DNA of 64,000 nucleotides, taken from Blastocystis sp. Blastoise (lineage: Eukaryota; Protista; Bigyra: Opalinata). The position numbers and the translations under genes are program-made. The notes under the pieces were generated by a model, which saw only the letters and a program-made list of their open reading frames with translations, did not search any database and had not been told where the DNA came from. The stretch covers positions 868,001-932,000 of the forward strand of contig JBBPEB010000034.1 of the NCBI GenBank assembly GCA_039096225.1, in the 5' to 3' direction. This document shows positions 19,916-42,476 of the stretch, piece by piece (within the stretch, counting starts at the first letter, position 1; each line of letters opens with the position of its first letter).

Positions 19916-20285
19916 CTAGTCTTCACGTTGTTCACAAGGAGGGATTGTTGCTTGGTACCTAGAAAAGAATGGTCAGATTCAACGATCTATAAATAATAAA
20001 TACTCAGGTCCAACATTGATTGTTGGAGTTCTAGTCTTCATATATTCGGTTATTGGTAGTTTATAATAGTAATCATCGACATCTTCGTCTCCTTTCTCGC
20101 GTTTAGAAGAAGTTTCATATTTCACATAGTCATTGAATATTCTTTAGATATGGAGGATTAAATGATTGATAAGAAATCGCACATACCTTTTCTTTGGAGG
20201 CAATGTTTCGTCTATAAAATATATTTTTAATGTATAAAAAGATGATACCTTGCATAGTATCAGTATTTTCATTATCATCGGACAT
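19916..20285 (-). CDS. ~80-aa microprotein ending in an ELM2-like motif (INVGPEYQATIP); 4 exons
   Basis: Three GT-AG introns splice in frame: MSDDNENTDTMQ|DETLPPKKR|IFNDY..RTPTINVGPE|YQATIPPCEQRED*. Absent from the ORF track. Confidence 0.65.
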
Positions 20286-20484
20286 GTTGAATTTGTATAA
20301 ATATATAAAAAAAGAAATAAAAAAGATACTATTTATTTTTGTGTAAGTTATATACTTAATTAATCTGAAAATATCAGATTTCGGTCTAGAAAAAAATTAG
20401 ATTGAAAAAAACATAAACTAGACCAAAATAATAGTTTTTCTTATTAAATAGTCAAAAAGATTGTATTTATTTTCAATTCACAGA

Positions 20485-20504
20485 CACTAGTAGGCAGGTT
20501 TTTT
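20485..20504 (+). repeat. Left TIR of CACTA element
   Basis: cactagtaggcaggtttttt, preceded by TSD aga. Confidence 0.95.
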
Positions 20505-22026
20505 CTTCTTGAAAATAGTCGATCTAGTTTATGCTAAAATACGATCTAAATTATGATTTTGTTCAAGAAAAAAAACACATAAATTGGGGCTAGTAAGACC
20601 TCCATTTGCGTAGCGTTTATGCTCTACGTCGGTTATCTTTTTTTTAGACCAAGATAATTAATTTTTAGGTGGTCTACTCAGATGTTATTTGTCATCTTAG
20701 ATAACACATTATTTAATCTAATCAATGTCAAATAGTTACTAATAACTGTAAAAACGATATCTTATGTCTTAATTTATTGATCTAAAGAGTTCAAGATTTA
20801 TATTCTATTTTTATTCAAAATTGATTAGAATAGACAAATTAATCGTATTAGTTGTATAAAAAGAATAAATGAACAAAATTCAAAATTTATAAAAGTAATA
20901 ATTTTACCATATTTTTTATTTATAATTATTCTCATTTTGAAATACCATTTGAAACACTGAACATATATCGACTTTTAAATATCAAAACGTTATCTATAAA
21001 ATATATATATATATATATATATCAAGAAATTAGATAAATACCTATTTTCAGGCTAGAATAATGTGCCATTCTCTAAGACATGATCCTATATATGAAAAAA
21101 ATCAGAATAAAATTTTAATTATAATATAAGTATAATAACACTCACATTACATTTTGTAATACCCCCATAATGAACTATAAAAATATTAAAAAATATATAT
21201 AATATATAAATACGTTTGAAATTAATTAATTAAACCAATAAAATAAATATATACAGTGAATTAGCGTATTATTCTTGATTATTCACTATAAATAATAAAT
21301 TAAAAGAATATGTAGTTATTGTAAATACCTTAATTATAGTTATCAAAAATAGTTAATTCATTATAGCCATAAAGACCTAATCATAATAAATCGCAACAAA
21401 AATTAAAAGATACATGCTGAAAATTATTTTAATCAAATTCAATTCTAGAACATTTCTGTGAATCACTTATTATGTATTACTATTTAAAAATATGTGTAAA
21501 TAGTATAAATGCAAAAAATAAATATAACATTATAACTATTTAAAAAGGTTTTAGTGATAATTTTTGTCATAATCAAGCCCTTAAAAAAAAGATTTATAGT
21601 TTTTAATACTAAAAATTAATAGAATATATTTCTTCAAGGGGGTAAATTTAAAAGGAGTCAGTTTTATTCTTCATTTCATTTTCTTTTCGCTTTAAAAGGA
21701 GAAACTCTTATAAATCTTTGAACTGACTCTATTTCAATTGAAATATAACAAAGTATTTTTGATACTATAATTCACACAATATTTTGACTTTATTATTAAT
21801 TCTTTTCATTTATTACAGTTATGGATAATTATTAATATTAAACAAAAATAATATATTCCTTATTATCCCATTTAGAATGTATAATTACTTTATAAAAGAC
21901 AAAATACTTATTTTTCTATATTCAGAAATATGACAGACAAACAATTGAGGTTAAAAGAATAGAATGAAATAATTAATTAACAGAGATAAAAAATAATAAA
22001 TATAAGAATTCAATAAATATTCGTGA

Positions 22027-26950
<4,924 letters not shown>

Positions 26951-27073
26951 TTCAATTCGCTGAAAGTAAATAACGAAAAACAATGATTATACGAATAGCT
27001 AAAATGAAATAAAATATGGAAACATTTCCACTATTAAATCTTTGTTTACATTTTATCTATTATCTTGTCGTAA

Positions 27074-28641
<1,568 letters not shown>

Positions 28642-29394
28642 TCAAACCATCTATCAATATAAATTTGCAATACTTCTTTAACTGTTTGTATTCAATTTGA
28701 TTTTTATTTATATATACTCTAATTTTATCACTGTTAAACATATATTATATTTATTTTTTTCTCCATTCTCTATAATTCATGATACAAAAATATTATCATA
28801 AACATGTGACGTACATTTATTTTGTTCAAAATCAAGTAGTTTGCTAAAAGGAATTTAGTCTGCTAAAATTCTCAAACAATGAACATTAATTTCAAACAAT
28901 ATTTTTGTCTAGATTCACAGAAAATCCATAATATTAAGTATTACGTAAATACGCTTAAACTACAATCACCTTTATTAACCAAAAATACTTGAGTCATTAT
29001 GAATAAAATGAAATTAAGTATAACACATACAACATTTTCTCAATTCACAATGTTTAACAGTACTAGATAATTGTTCAAATAAGTTCCATCTTCCTTATTA
29101 CCTGAGAATGATAAACTATTTTAGAATCAACAATGAGCATACTAATTTAGACTTTTAAGGAGCTTACAGATGACTCAGATGAGTTGTTGAGTATGCTCAA
29201 GTCATAATATTTAGAGAAAAAAAACAAATATTCTTTATAATAAAAAAATAATAATTTTAAATAATTAATTTTTATTTTTTTATAAAAAAGAAAACAATTC
29301 TTGGATCTAGTCGATTACATACCCATTTTGAGAAATATTAGATCCATTTTATTTTTTTTCGGTTATTTTGGTACCCAAAACTGGATCTAGTAAA

Positions 29395-29414
29395 AAAAAA
29401 CCTGCCTACTAGTG
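29395..29414 (-). repeat. Right TIR of CACTA element
   Basis: aaaaaacctgcctactagtg, followed by TSD aga. Confidence 0.95.
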
Positions 29415-29503
29415 AGAATATATATAATAAAAACAAAACAACGAATTATTTTCATTAAAACTTAGATGAAACATCTATTCATTACTATTTAAACTATTAA
29501 AGT

Positions 29504-30635
29504 TTAGTTTTTCTTAGGAGGTTGAACAATACCATCTTGAACTAAATCAATACACATTTGTTTCTTAGCATCCTTAGTAGTAAGGTTATACATCTATATA
29601 AGATTATAATAAATAGAAATATTAATAATTATTATTATTATATAACTACATACTTCTTCTAAAGCTTGAGGATAGAATTCTTTATAAACTTGATCAACAG
29701 TCTTTTTAATATCATCAGCATTATTATTTAATTCAAAAAGAGTAGAAATAGTAGATAATTTCATTAAATTAGGATAATCTTCAAAGATAACTTGTCCCCA
29801 AATAGTAAGAAGAGCTTCTTTACATACTTTTGTTCTATAGATCATTCTATATACAGGGTAATCAAGATGACTATCACGTTCAGATTGAAGAGTAATAATG
29901 ACTTCAACAGGTTTATGAATATCATATTTAGTTAAAGTATTAATCCAAATAGAGAATGTTTTACCTTCATATCCATATTCATTACCAGACCATTTATGAC
30001 TTTCACCAAATTCATTAGGAACACCATAAACATTATATTTAAATTCTTCGTCATTAACAGTAACACTAGCAGCAGGATATTGATTGAATAAACGGAATCT
30101 ATAAGCACGTGATTCAAGAGCACCTTCATAACCGTCACCTTCAACAGGATTAATACTATATAATAATAATAATAATAATAATAAAACATATATATACGTG
30201 ATTCTAATATGAGTACTATCAATTTGTTCATAATCTACATTAGTCTTATAATATTTTCCTTTATATATATCTATATTCTTTCCTTGGTCATCTATATACC
30301 AAGTATGATGAATCTGATTATCATCAATAGGATAAACATTAAATAACATCATTTCAGGAGAACGAGAAGCAGCTCCTATAGAGAATATATATATATATGT
30401 ATGTATTATATAATAATAATAATAGTTGTTATATATATATAATTATAATTTCAATATATATATACATACCTTCAAGTTTATTATTATCTAATTCCATCAT
30501 AGGAATAATACTACCTTCTTTAGCGTATACAGGGGTTTCCGATAAAGTGAAATTCATAGAATATTCAATACCACCATAATTCTTAAGACCAGTCTTAAAA
30601 TCGTAATAGGTACCTTCAGGAAGATAAATACTATA

Positions 30636-30700
<65 letters not shown>

Positions 30701-31528
30701 GTATAATAATAATAATATATATAGATATATATACTCTCGAACAGCAAGATCATGAAGATCACTCCATGATTGATCAACAACAGGAGCTACTACGATATCA
30801 TCACCAAACATATATATAGTGTTATATTTATAGGCATTATCACTAAGAGGCTCTTCATAATATAAACCACGAATATAAGATAAACCTATATAATAATAAT
30901 AATAATAATAAATAAATAGTATATAAAAGATAATAATAATTATCTTGAAAAAACAATGAAATAATATTAATATATAATATATAATATATAATAATAATTA
31001 TAATAATTATAATAATAATATATACCTGTTTCATGAGCTTCAACAGAACTCTTATAAACATAAGGAACAAGACGTTCACCTATATATATTATAGTATATA
31101 GATAATACAAATAAATATATATATACGAAGTCTATAATCTCTCTTCATAAATTTAGCATAAGGATCTTGGAAAGCGAAGAAAGCATGTTCTTTACCACCC
31201 TTAGTACTGTGAGTTCTATATATATAATTATTATTTTAATCATAACATGTTTATATTATTATTTTTATTATATAATATAATCATTTTAATAAATATATTT
31301 AATAATAAACTACTATATATATATATATACCTAAGAGAATGACTCCAGAGACCTAATTGAATCCATCGTGTATTTAATTCATCAGGTTTAGCCTATATAT
31401 ATATTATATATAATATATTTATACTCATATTAATAATAATAATAATAATAATAATAAAGAAAATGGGATGAAGAAGGAATACATACAGCAGCGTCATTCT
31501 ATAGAAATATATATATAGATATAATAAT

Positions 31529-31568
<40 letters not shown>

Positions 31569-32546
31569 TCTCAGATAATAATAATAATATATACAGGACC
31601 GTGACCACCTAAATCATGTCCCCATTGATAAGCAACATTAGCAGCATATATTTCAAATTCAGGTTGAAATTTTAGTGTTTCCCAAGAAGTAATAGTATCT
31701 CCAGAGAAGCCAATAGGATAACGATGAGAACCAAGACCTCCGAAACGGCCCATAATAAAAGGACGATCTTCATTAGACCAACGAGTTCTATATTATATAT
31801 ATAGAGATATCCAACAATAAATATAATATATAATATAAAGTAATATATAATAATAACATAATATATACTTAGAAGTAAACCAAGTATAATCAGTCCAAAA
31901 AGTGGGGTTTACATTACGATAAGTAGTAGTTTCATCTTGTTGATAATCAATCCACCAAAATTCCATTCCTCTATCGTGGAAAGGTTGAAGAATAATCTTA
32001 AATAAGTTTTCAGCATATTTCAGATCAGTGATATTCCAAGGAACAGTCTCTCCTTTTTCAGGATCATAACCCATAGCTATAGCCATCTCCTTATAGAATT
32101 CTTCATAGAATTGAATACCTATATATATTATATATTTCTTATATAATAATATTTATATATATACCTCCAGCAGGATGAGTATTAAGAGTAGTATATATAT
32201 TACGTTGTTTCATATAATTCATAAGATGAGAAGGAGAAGGGAATTCAGCATCATACCAAGTAAAACTATATATATATATATATATATATATTATTATTAT
32301 TAGTTTATATATATAGAATTATACCCTGACCATCCATTAACAGATACATTATAAGGATTAGGGAATCCATGTTCATAACTATATATATATATATATATAC
32401 AACAGATAATATATATATATATATTATGTATACTATATACATACCTCTTATGGAAGTCCATATCGATGACCATCATATCAATGGGAACACCCGCAGTAGC
32501 GAAATCCTCAAGGATAATCTCACGAAGGTCTGTTTCTGTCCAACTA

Positions 32547-32598
<52 letters not shown>

Positions 32599-32672
32599 GT
32601 ATAATATATATATACGCATGATATTTACAATACCAAGAACCAAGGGAATACTTAGGAATAATAGGAATAGGA

Positions 32673-32740
<68 letters not shown>

Positions 32741-33842
32741 AGAAAGAGTAGTATAATCCTTAAGTGCTTGTTTATAGTTATAACCATGTCCAAAGAAATA
32801 AAAATCATGATATAATTGTTTATCATCTTTATCATAAGCTTCAGGAATAACACCTATATATATAATAATAAACATATAATAAACACATAATAAACATATA
32901 ATAAACACATAATAAACATATAATAAACACATAATAAACATATAATAAACACATAATAAACATAATAATAAACAAAAATATAATAAGCACAATAATAAAT
33001 ATAAAATAAACATAAAAACATATAATAAACAGAATAGTATACCTTCAGTCCACATCCATTCGGGATTATCCGTGAATCTGGGTCTACGATCATCAACAAT
33101 AATAGTCCAACCATTACGAGAAATAACACCCTTCTCACAGAAATTATCACTATCCCATGATTCACCTATTTATTTATATAAAATAATCATAAAATATAAT
33201 TATAATGATTCTATCTATATTACATACGTGTGCAATCCATTCCAGTACTACCATAAGTACCATCTAATGTTCTAATAGCACCATTTAATCTTCCAGGATT
33301 AGCCATACCTATGTATAAATAAATAGAATAACTAATAAAATGATTTTCAATGTATACCAAAGTGCCATTCTACTTTTTGATCTAATTTCATAGTAATTTT
33401 TAAAGCAGCAGGATCAGTAACAATACCAACAGTAGCATTATATCTATGTTAATCAAATATATATTTATATTTAGAATACAACATACTCAAGAACAAGAGC
33501 ATCAGTTTCAATCTTAAGGAAATCACTTCTTAATTCTTTAGTAAACTTAGGAACATCAAGATTTCTATTAAGAATAGCAAAAGAAGGTTCATCGTGGAAT
33601 TTAGGAGCTTCTAATTCTGAATACTCAACACGGATAACCTATATAGAATAAGTAATTGAAAAAACATAGCAGCATACATAGGGAGTAAGAACAGTGAATC
33701 TAGCACGATTTAAAACAATGACAGCGTCAGGATTTGCAATAGGATCAACTAAACGTAATAAAAGCAATATTTATACATTATATATACATCCTTCGAAAGC
33801 GAAACAAGCGCAGAATAACAACGCAAGAACAATAAATTTCAT
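29504..33842 (-). CDS. Secreted glycoside hydrolase family 31 (alpha-glucosidase-like, GH31_u1-type with C-terminal DUF5110-like region)
   Basis: Signal peptide MKFIVLALLFCACFA. Motifs DFYFFGHGYNYKQALKDY, GVPIDMMVIDMDFH, LNTHPAG, FWWIDYQQ (nucleophile D), RFGGLGSHRYPIGFSGDT (acid/base D), WGHDLGGH, YMFGDDIVVAP. Confidence 0.9.
32860..32995. repeat. Intronic 11/22-bp minisatellite (ataataaacac/ataataaacat) in GH31
   Basis: Directly visible tandem units. Confidence 0.75.
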
Positions 33843-34636
33843 TCTTAACAAAGGAATAAAAGATTTATGTTAGGAACAAAGAAACAACAAACTTTTGTAT
33901 TTTTTTTAATTTCGTGAAAGTGAGATTCAAGAAAGGGAAGACCCCAAAATGATTGGATATGATACTGATGACGACTTGGATAATATTCATTCTATTGGTT
34001 TCAAATTCATATGACGTTTGTTGTTTGGAATAAGATTTTATTATTCATTTGCTCTCTCCTATGACTTTAACACAATTATTTTATTGGTTGAACCAATTAA
34101 GATCACTTTTTTGATACGTTGCTGAAATAGTTAATATTACTTGGTCATTGTTCATCATGATAAAGATGATGACATGTCAAATGAATTGTTTAAAAACTAT
34201 TTTTTTAATATTTTTGTGAAAAAGATGATTGTAAGTATTAGAATCTATTAATTATATTGTTTTACTGTATACACAAGTTATTTAATATATATATACATAT
34301 ATGTTTGTTTGAGTATAAAAGGAGAACATTTAAAAAATATATTATATATTATATATATATACATATACAATAATTACAAAACTGCATTCACATTGCTATA
34401 TTAATATAACAGATCTATATTCAAGTTTTTAGAATGAAAAAAAGTTGATATTGTTATATGTATAAATAGAGAGAAAGAATATAAATACACTATATAATAA
34501 TAGATAAGTCAGAAAAATACATAAAAGATAATAGCTATTAAAAGAAATAGTGAAAAAGAAACAGACTAAATAATCATTTTAAGAAAAAGAAAATAATTTT
34601 AAATATTTTCTATGATAAATATATATATATATTGAT

Positions 34637-37927
<3,291 letters not shown>

Positions 37928-38108
37928 CTGAGCAACATTTATAAAGCTGATTTTGGCTACTGTTTAAGAAGCAAATAAAATGCGAAGAACAATTCCCCAC
38001 GGGTAATCTTTAGACCACTAGTTATAAATCATGAATTTCCGTGGAACAGTATTAACCATACAATTTCCTTGAGATTTAGGATAATTATGGAAATGTCGAT
38101 TCTTTATA

Positions 38109-38170
38109 GAGAGAAAAACTCCAGACAATAGTTTGACTATTTTTCAACTCCAGACAACAAAACTATAGGG
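38109..38170 (+). repeat. Left TIR of MULE (two ACTCCAGACAA motifs)
   Basis: gagagaaaaactccagacaatag...caactccagacaacaa. Confidence 0.85.
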
Positions 38171-38301
38171 AATCTAAATTATCGCGGAAATAATGACATT
38201 TTGGCAGAACATTTAAATTGAGTCTAAAGAAAAATCAAATATAGACAGGTTATTTGTTATATATTTAAATACAGGCTATATAAGTGTTCTATTCAGATAT
38301 A

Positions 38302-41300
38302 ATGATTAAAAAATACGAATCAATGTTTAAAGAACAAAATTTTTCTAATATTTATTCAACATTAGACCCCATTATGGTAGCATCTGATCATAGTGATAGA
38401 CGAACAAATCCGTTAACTTCAACAACAGCCAGTGGATTGCAGTATGCAGATGGAAAGCTAAGAACAAAGGTAGATGATTCCAACAATTGTAATGGGTTCT
38501 ACAGAGTGACTGATACTCCTAAATATATATTGTATAAAAATTTAATATTCGCTCAAATGAATGGCATTCCCAATGTGATAGACTCTTTGGATGAAGTTGA
38601 GATTTTTATTCGTAAGTATAGTCATGATATGGGCTACTCATTAAGAGTAATCAGAAGTTCAAGTATGAACATTATTTATGGATGCCCAATTAAGATGTGC
38701 AACTTCGTTTGTGAATATAGATATGAAAAAGGTTCGTTTAATTTAGTCAAATATCACATACATGATACAAACGTATATATATCTATTTATTAGTATTAAT
38801 TTATATTTTTTCTTCTTTATATATAATACTATTTAAAAGAAAATTATAATAATATTTTATGGATTCAAATATATATTTATATATATTTATATATATTTAT
38901 TCTCTAGAAGTGTTCTAGATTTCAAAGTAAACTTGTTTTCTTAACTAAGAAAGGAAATATACCTCAAAAAATATATGATAAATACTATAGAATAGATACT
39001 AGTAATAATAATGATGAAAATACTATACCTGATAATACTGGAAACGAAAGTAAGGTTTCTTTATCTATTAATGAAAATAATAACGAAGAAGAAGAATCAG
39101 ATTGTTCTATAAATGAAATTGAATTTCTCCTGACGAATAGCAACAAATCTAATGATGAACTAATAGATGATGAAATCTATTTAATGGATGATATTGAATC
39201 AGAAGTTACTCCTGAGGAAAAGAAAGTGATTGATATGTTAGCAAATGATAATACTTCTAATAATAATAACGGTCTTCTCTATACAATAAGCCAAATAGGG
39301 ACTTCAAATATTACTGCTAATTCCAATATAGATGTTATAAACACTATTAATGAAGAACCATTAGTAGATAAGAATGTAACAACTTCATTTATGGAATTAC
39401 TCCAATCTGAGTCAGATGTCACTATTGATGCCTTTTTGAATGATACTAAGAATGATAAAAATAGTTTTACCTTTATTCCTTATCAAAATAGAAAGCTATT
39501 TAACGATCCTATGAATATTGTCTTCCTAAATAGGTATCTACATCTTAATAAGAGTTACTTCCTTAATAAGCCTATAAATAATATTAGAAGTATTATAGAA
39601 GATACATTTCCTTCAATCAAAACTAATTATATATATAAGGCTTCAAAAACATTCCTCTCTAATGATAATAGCTCCACTTCGTATATTCCGTCAATCATTG
39701 AAGAAATAAATCGTATTAATCCAAATAATAAGGCATTTTATATGCTATGTCCAAAAAAGACTACTGACTACTCAAAACACTTCTCCAAGAATATATATGA
39801 GCAAATCCTTTCTGAAGAATACTTGGCAAAAGATTCAGCCCTCCTGTGTTGCGGTACTATAGTTTATGAAAATATTCCTCTTATTGCAAAGGGGCCATAT
39901 ATATTATTTTTAGATGGTACCTTCTTAAGCGTAGGATCAATGGTTACTTTAGTAATAACAAGTATATATATATATATTTCTATATATTTTATATACGTTT
40001 TTATATCTATATATTTCTATATATATTTCTATATCCTTTTCTATATATATTTCTATTTCTATATATATTTCCATATCCTTTTCTATATCCTTTTCTATAT
40101 CTATATATATTTCTATATATATTTCTGTATCCTTTTCTATATCCTTTTCTATATCTATATATATTTCTATATATATTTCTATATCCTTTTCTATATCCTT
40201 TTCTATATCCTTTTCTATATCTATATATATATCTATATATATTTCTATATATATTTCTATAACTGTTTTTATATCTATATATATTTCTATAACTGTTTCT
40301 ATATCTATATATATTTCTATATATATATCTATATATATTTCTATATATATTTCTATATCCTTTTCTATGTATATTTCTATTTCTATATATATTTCTATAT
40401 CTATATATATTTCTATATATATTTCTATATCTATATATATTTCTATATATATTTCTATAACTGTTTTTATATCTATATATATTTCTATATATATTTCTAT
40501 ATATATTCTATATATATTTCTATAACTGCTTCTATACCTATATATATTTCTATATATATTTCTATATCCTTTTCTATATATATATATCTATTTCTATATA
40601 CATTTCTATATATATATCTAGAGCTGTTTTTATATCTATATATATTTCTATATATATTTTTATATGTGTTTATATATTTGTTTCTATAGCTGTTTTTATA
40701 TCTATATATATATCTATATATATTTCTATATGTGTTTATATATATGTTTCTATAGCTGTTTTTATATCTATACATATTTCTATATATGTTTCTATCAATA
40801 TATTTCTATTTATATATTTCAATGTATATTCTATATATGTTTCTATAGCTGTTTATATATCCATATATATTTATACATATATATATGTATTTCTATATAT
40901 ATTCCTACATATATGTATTCATTTTTTTATATGTTTATATGTGTTTATATATATATTTCTATATATGTTTTTATATACATATTATGCTTATATATCTTTA
41001 TATATATTTCTATATATATTTGTACCTTATATATATTTATCTATATAAATATATATGTTTCTCTCTATATGTTTATATATATATATATATTTTTATATCT
41101 CTATCTATATATTTCTGTGAATAGGTGTTAATCTCAACCACGAGAGTATATGTTTAGCATATGGCTTCTTCCCATCGGAAAGTGAGGCTTCTTGGAGTAT
41201 TTTATTACAAAGATTTCTTGGCGCCTTAAATACCTATTTTGATACTACTCCTACCTTTACTGTCATTTCTGATCAGGCGAAAGGGATCTCATCAGCTGTA

Positions 41301-42009
41301 AGTCACTGTTGTCCGTCGTGGCCTCATGTCTTCTGTTTATTCCATTTACTTCAAGAGTTTAATACAATGAGGCCCTTAGAGAAATTAGAATGTAAAGAGG
41401 CCTATCAATGCAAAAATGAAAATGAGCTGGAAAGTCACCTAAAAAACATCAAGAATACAGAAGCTAGAAAAAAAATTGATGAGATGTGGCACTATAATAA
41501 CTCTCAGAGAATTCGTTGTGAATCATCAATTTGTGAATGGTATGTGGCGTCAAGCGTAGCAGAAAGTTATAATAGGCTGTTGAAAAAATATAGGTCTCTT
41601 CCAATTCACTTAATAATGATATTTATATTTAATCAAACACTAACGAAACAGATGAAAATAAAAGATACCATTAATCCTGGCTTAAAATATCTTCCTTTTT
41701 TTACAAAAATGGTTACTAAATCCCTCAATAAAACACATGAAGTTGTTTATAAAGAAGATAAGGGATACGTGTCTTTTAGTGATGGAAAAGTTTATACTGT
41801 TGATTTATATAGGAAGACGTGTACCTGTTTCTCATTTCAAAATCTCCTTATGCCTTGTAAACATGCTGCTGTACTTATTAACTACTGTCTTGAAAAGAAC
41901 ATTATTATGGAAAGCGATATATATCAATTATGCTCTGGTTCGTTAAACAATACCTATTATGAAACGTATTATAATTATAAGCCACAGTATATATATATAT
42001 ATATATATA

Positions 42010-42078
<69 letters not shown>

Positions 42079-42221
42079 CTCTATTATATCTATTATATCT
42101 ATTATATCTATTATATCTATTATATCTATTATCTCTACTATTATGTTTATTGTCTTTTATATTATGATTATAACTACTACTATTATTATATCCACCGTTT
42201 TTATTGTTATTATATCTTCTT

Positions 42222-42254
<33 letters not shown>

Positions 42255-42476
42255 TATAGTCAATTAATAGGAACAGATTTTTTGATTTTATCAAATCCAC
42301 CAATATGGCCACCATTATATGCTATTAGAAAAAGAGGACCAAGTAGAAAAAATAGATACAAAAAGATTTGTGAGAAGAAAAGAACTTTTTCTGCCAAAAA
42401 ACGTTATTGTAGAAGGTCGTTTGAAGAAAAAGTGAATATTTTTGATTTTTCCAAATTTGATAAGTTTAGTAATTAA
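38302..42476 (+). CDS. MULE (MuDR-type) transposase with N-terminal Zn-finger-like DBD, DDE domain and SWIM finger; 4 exons
   Basis: GCPIKMCNF..HIHDTN|KC; LFLDGTF (D1); ISDQAKGI (D2); FCLFH (CxxH); VAESYN (E); SWIM YTVDL..CTC..PCKH; C-terminal PP..RKRGP. All junctions I checked are in frame. Confidence 0.9.
39962..41124 (+). repeat. ~1.16-kb intronic minisatellite (~12-bp TTCTATATATAT-like unit) inside the MULE transposase
   Basis: GT at 39962, AG at 41123-41124; interior is degenerate tandem ttctatatatat. Confidence 0.85.
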
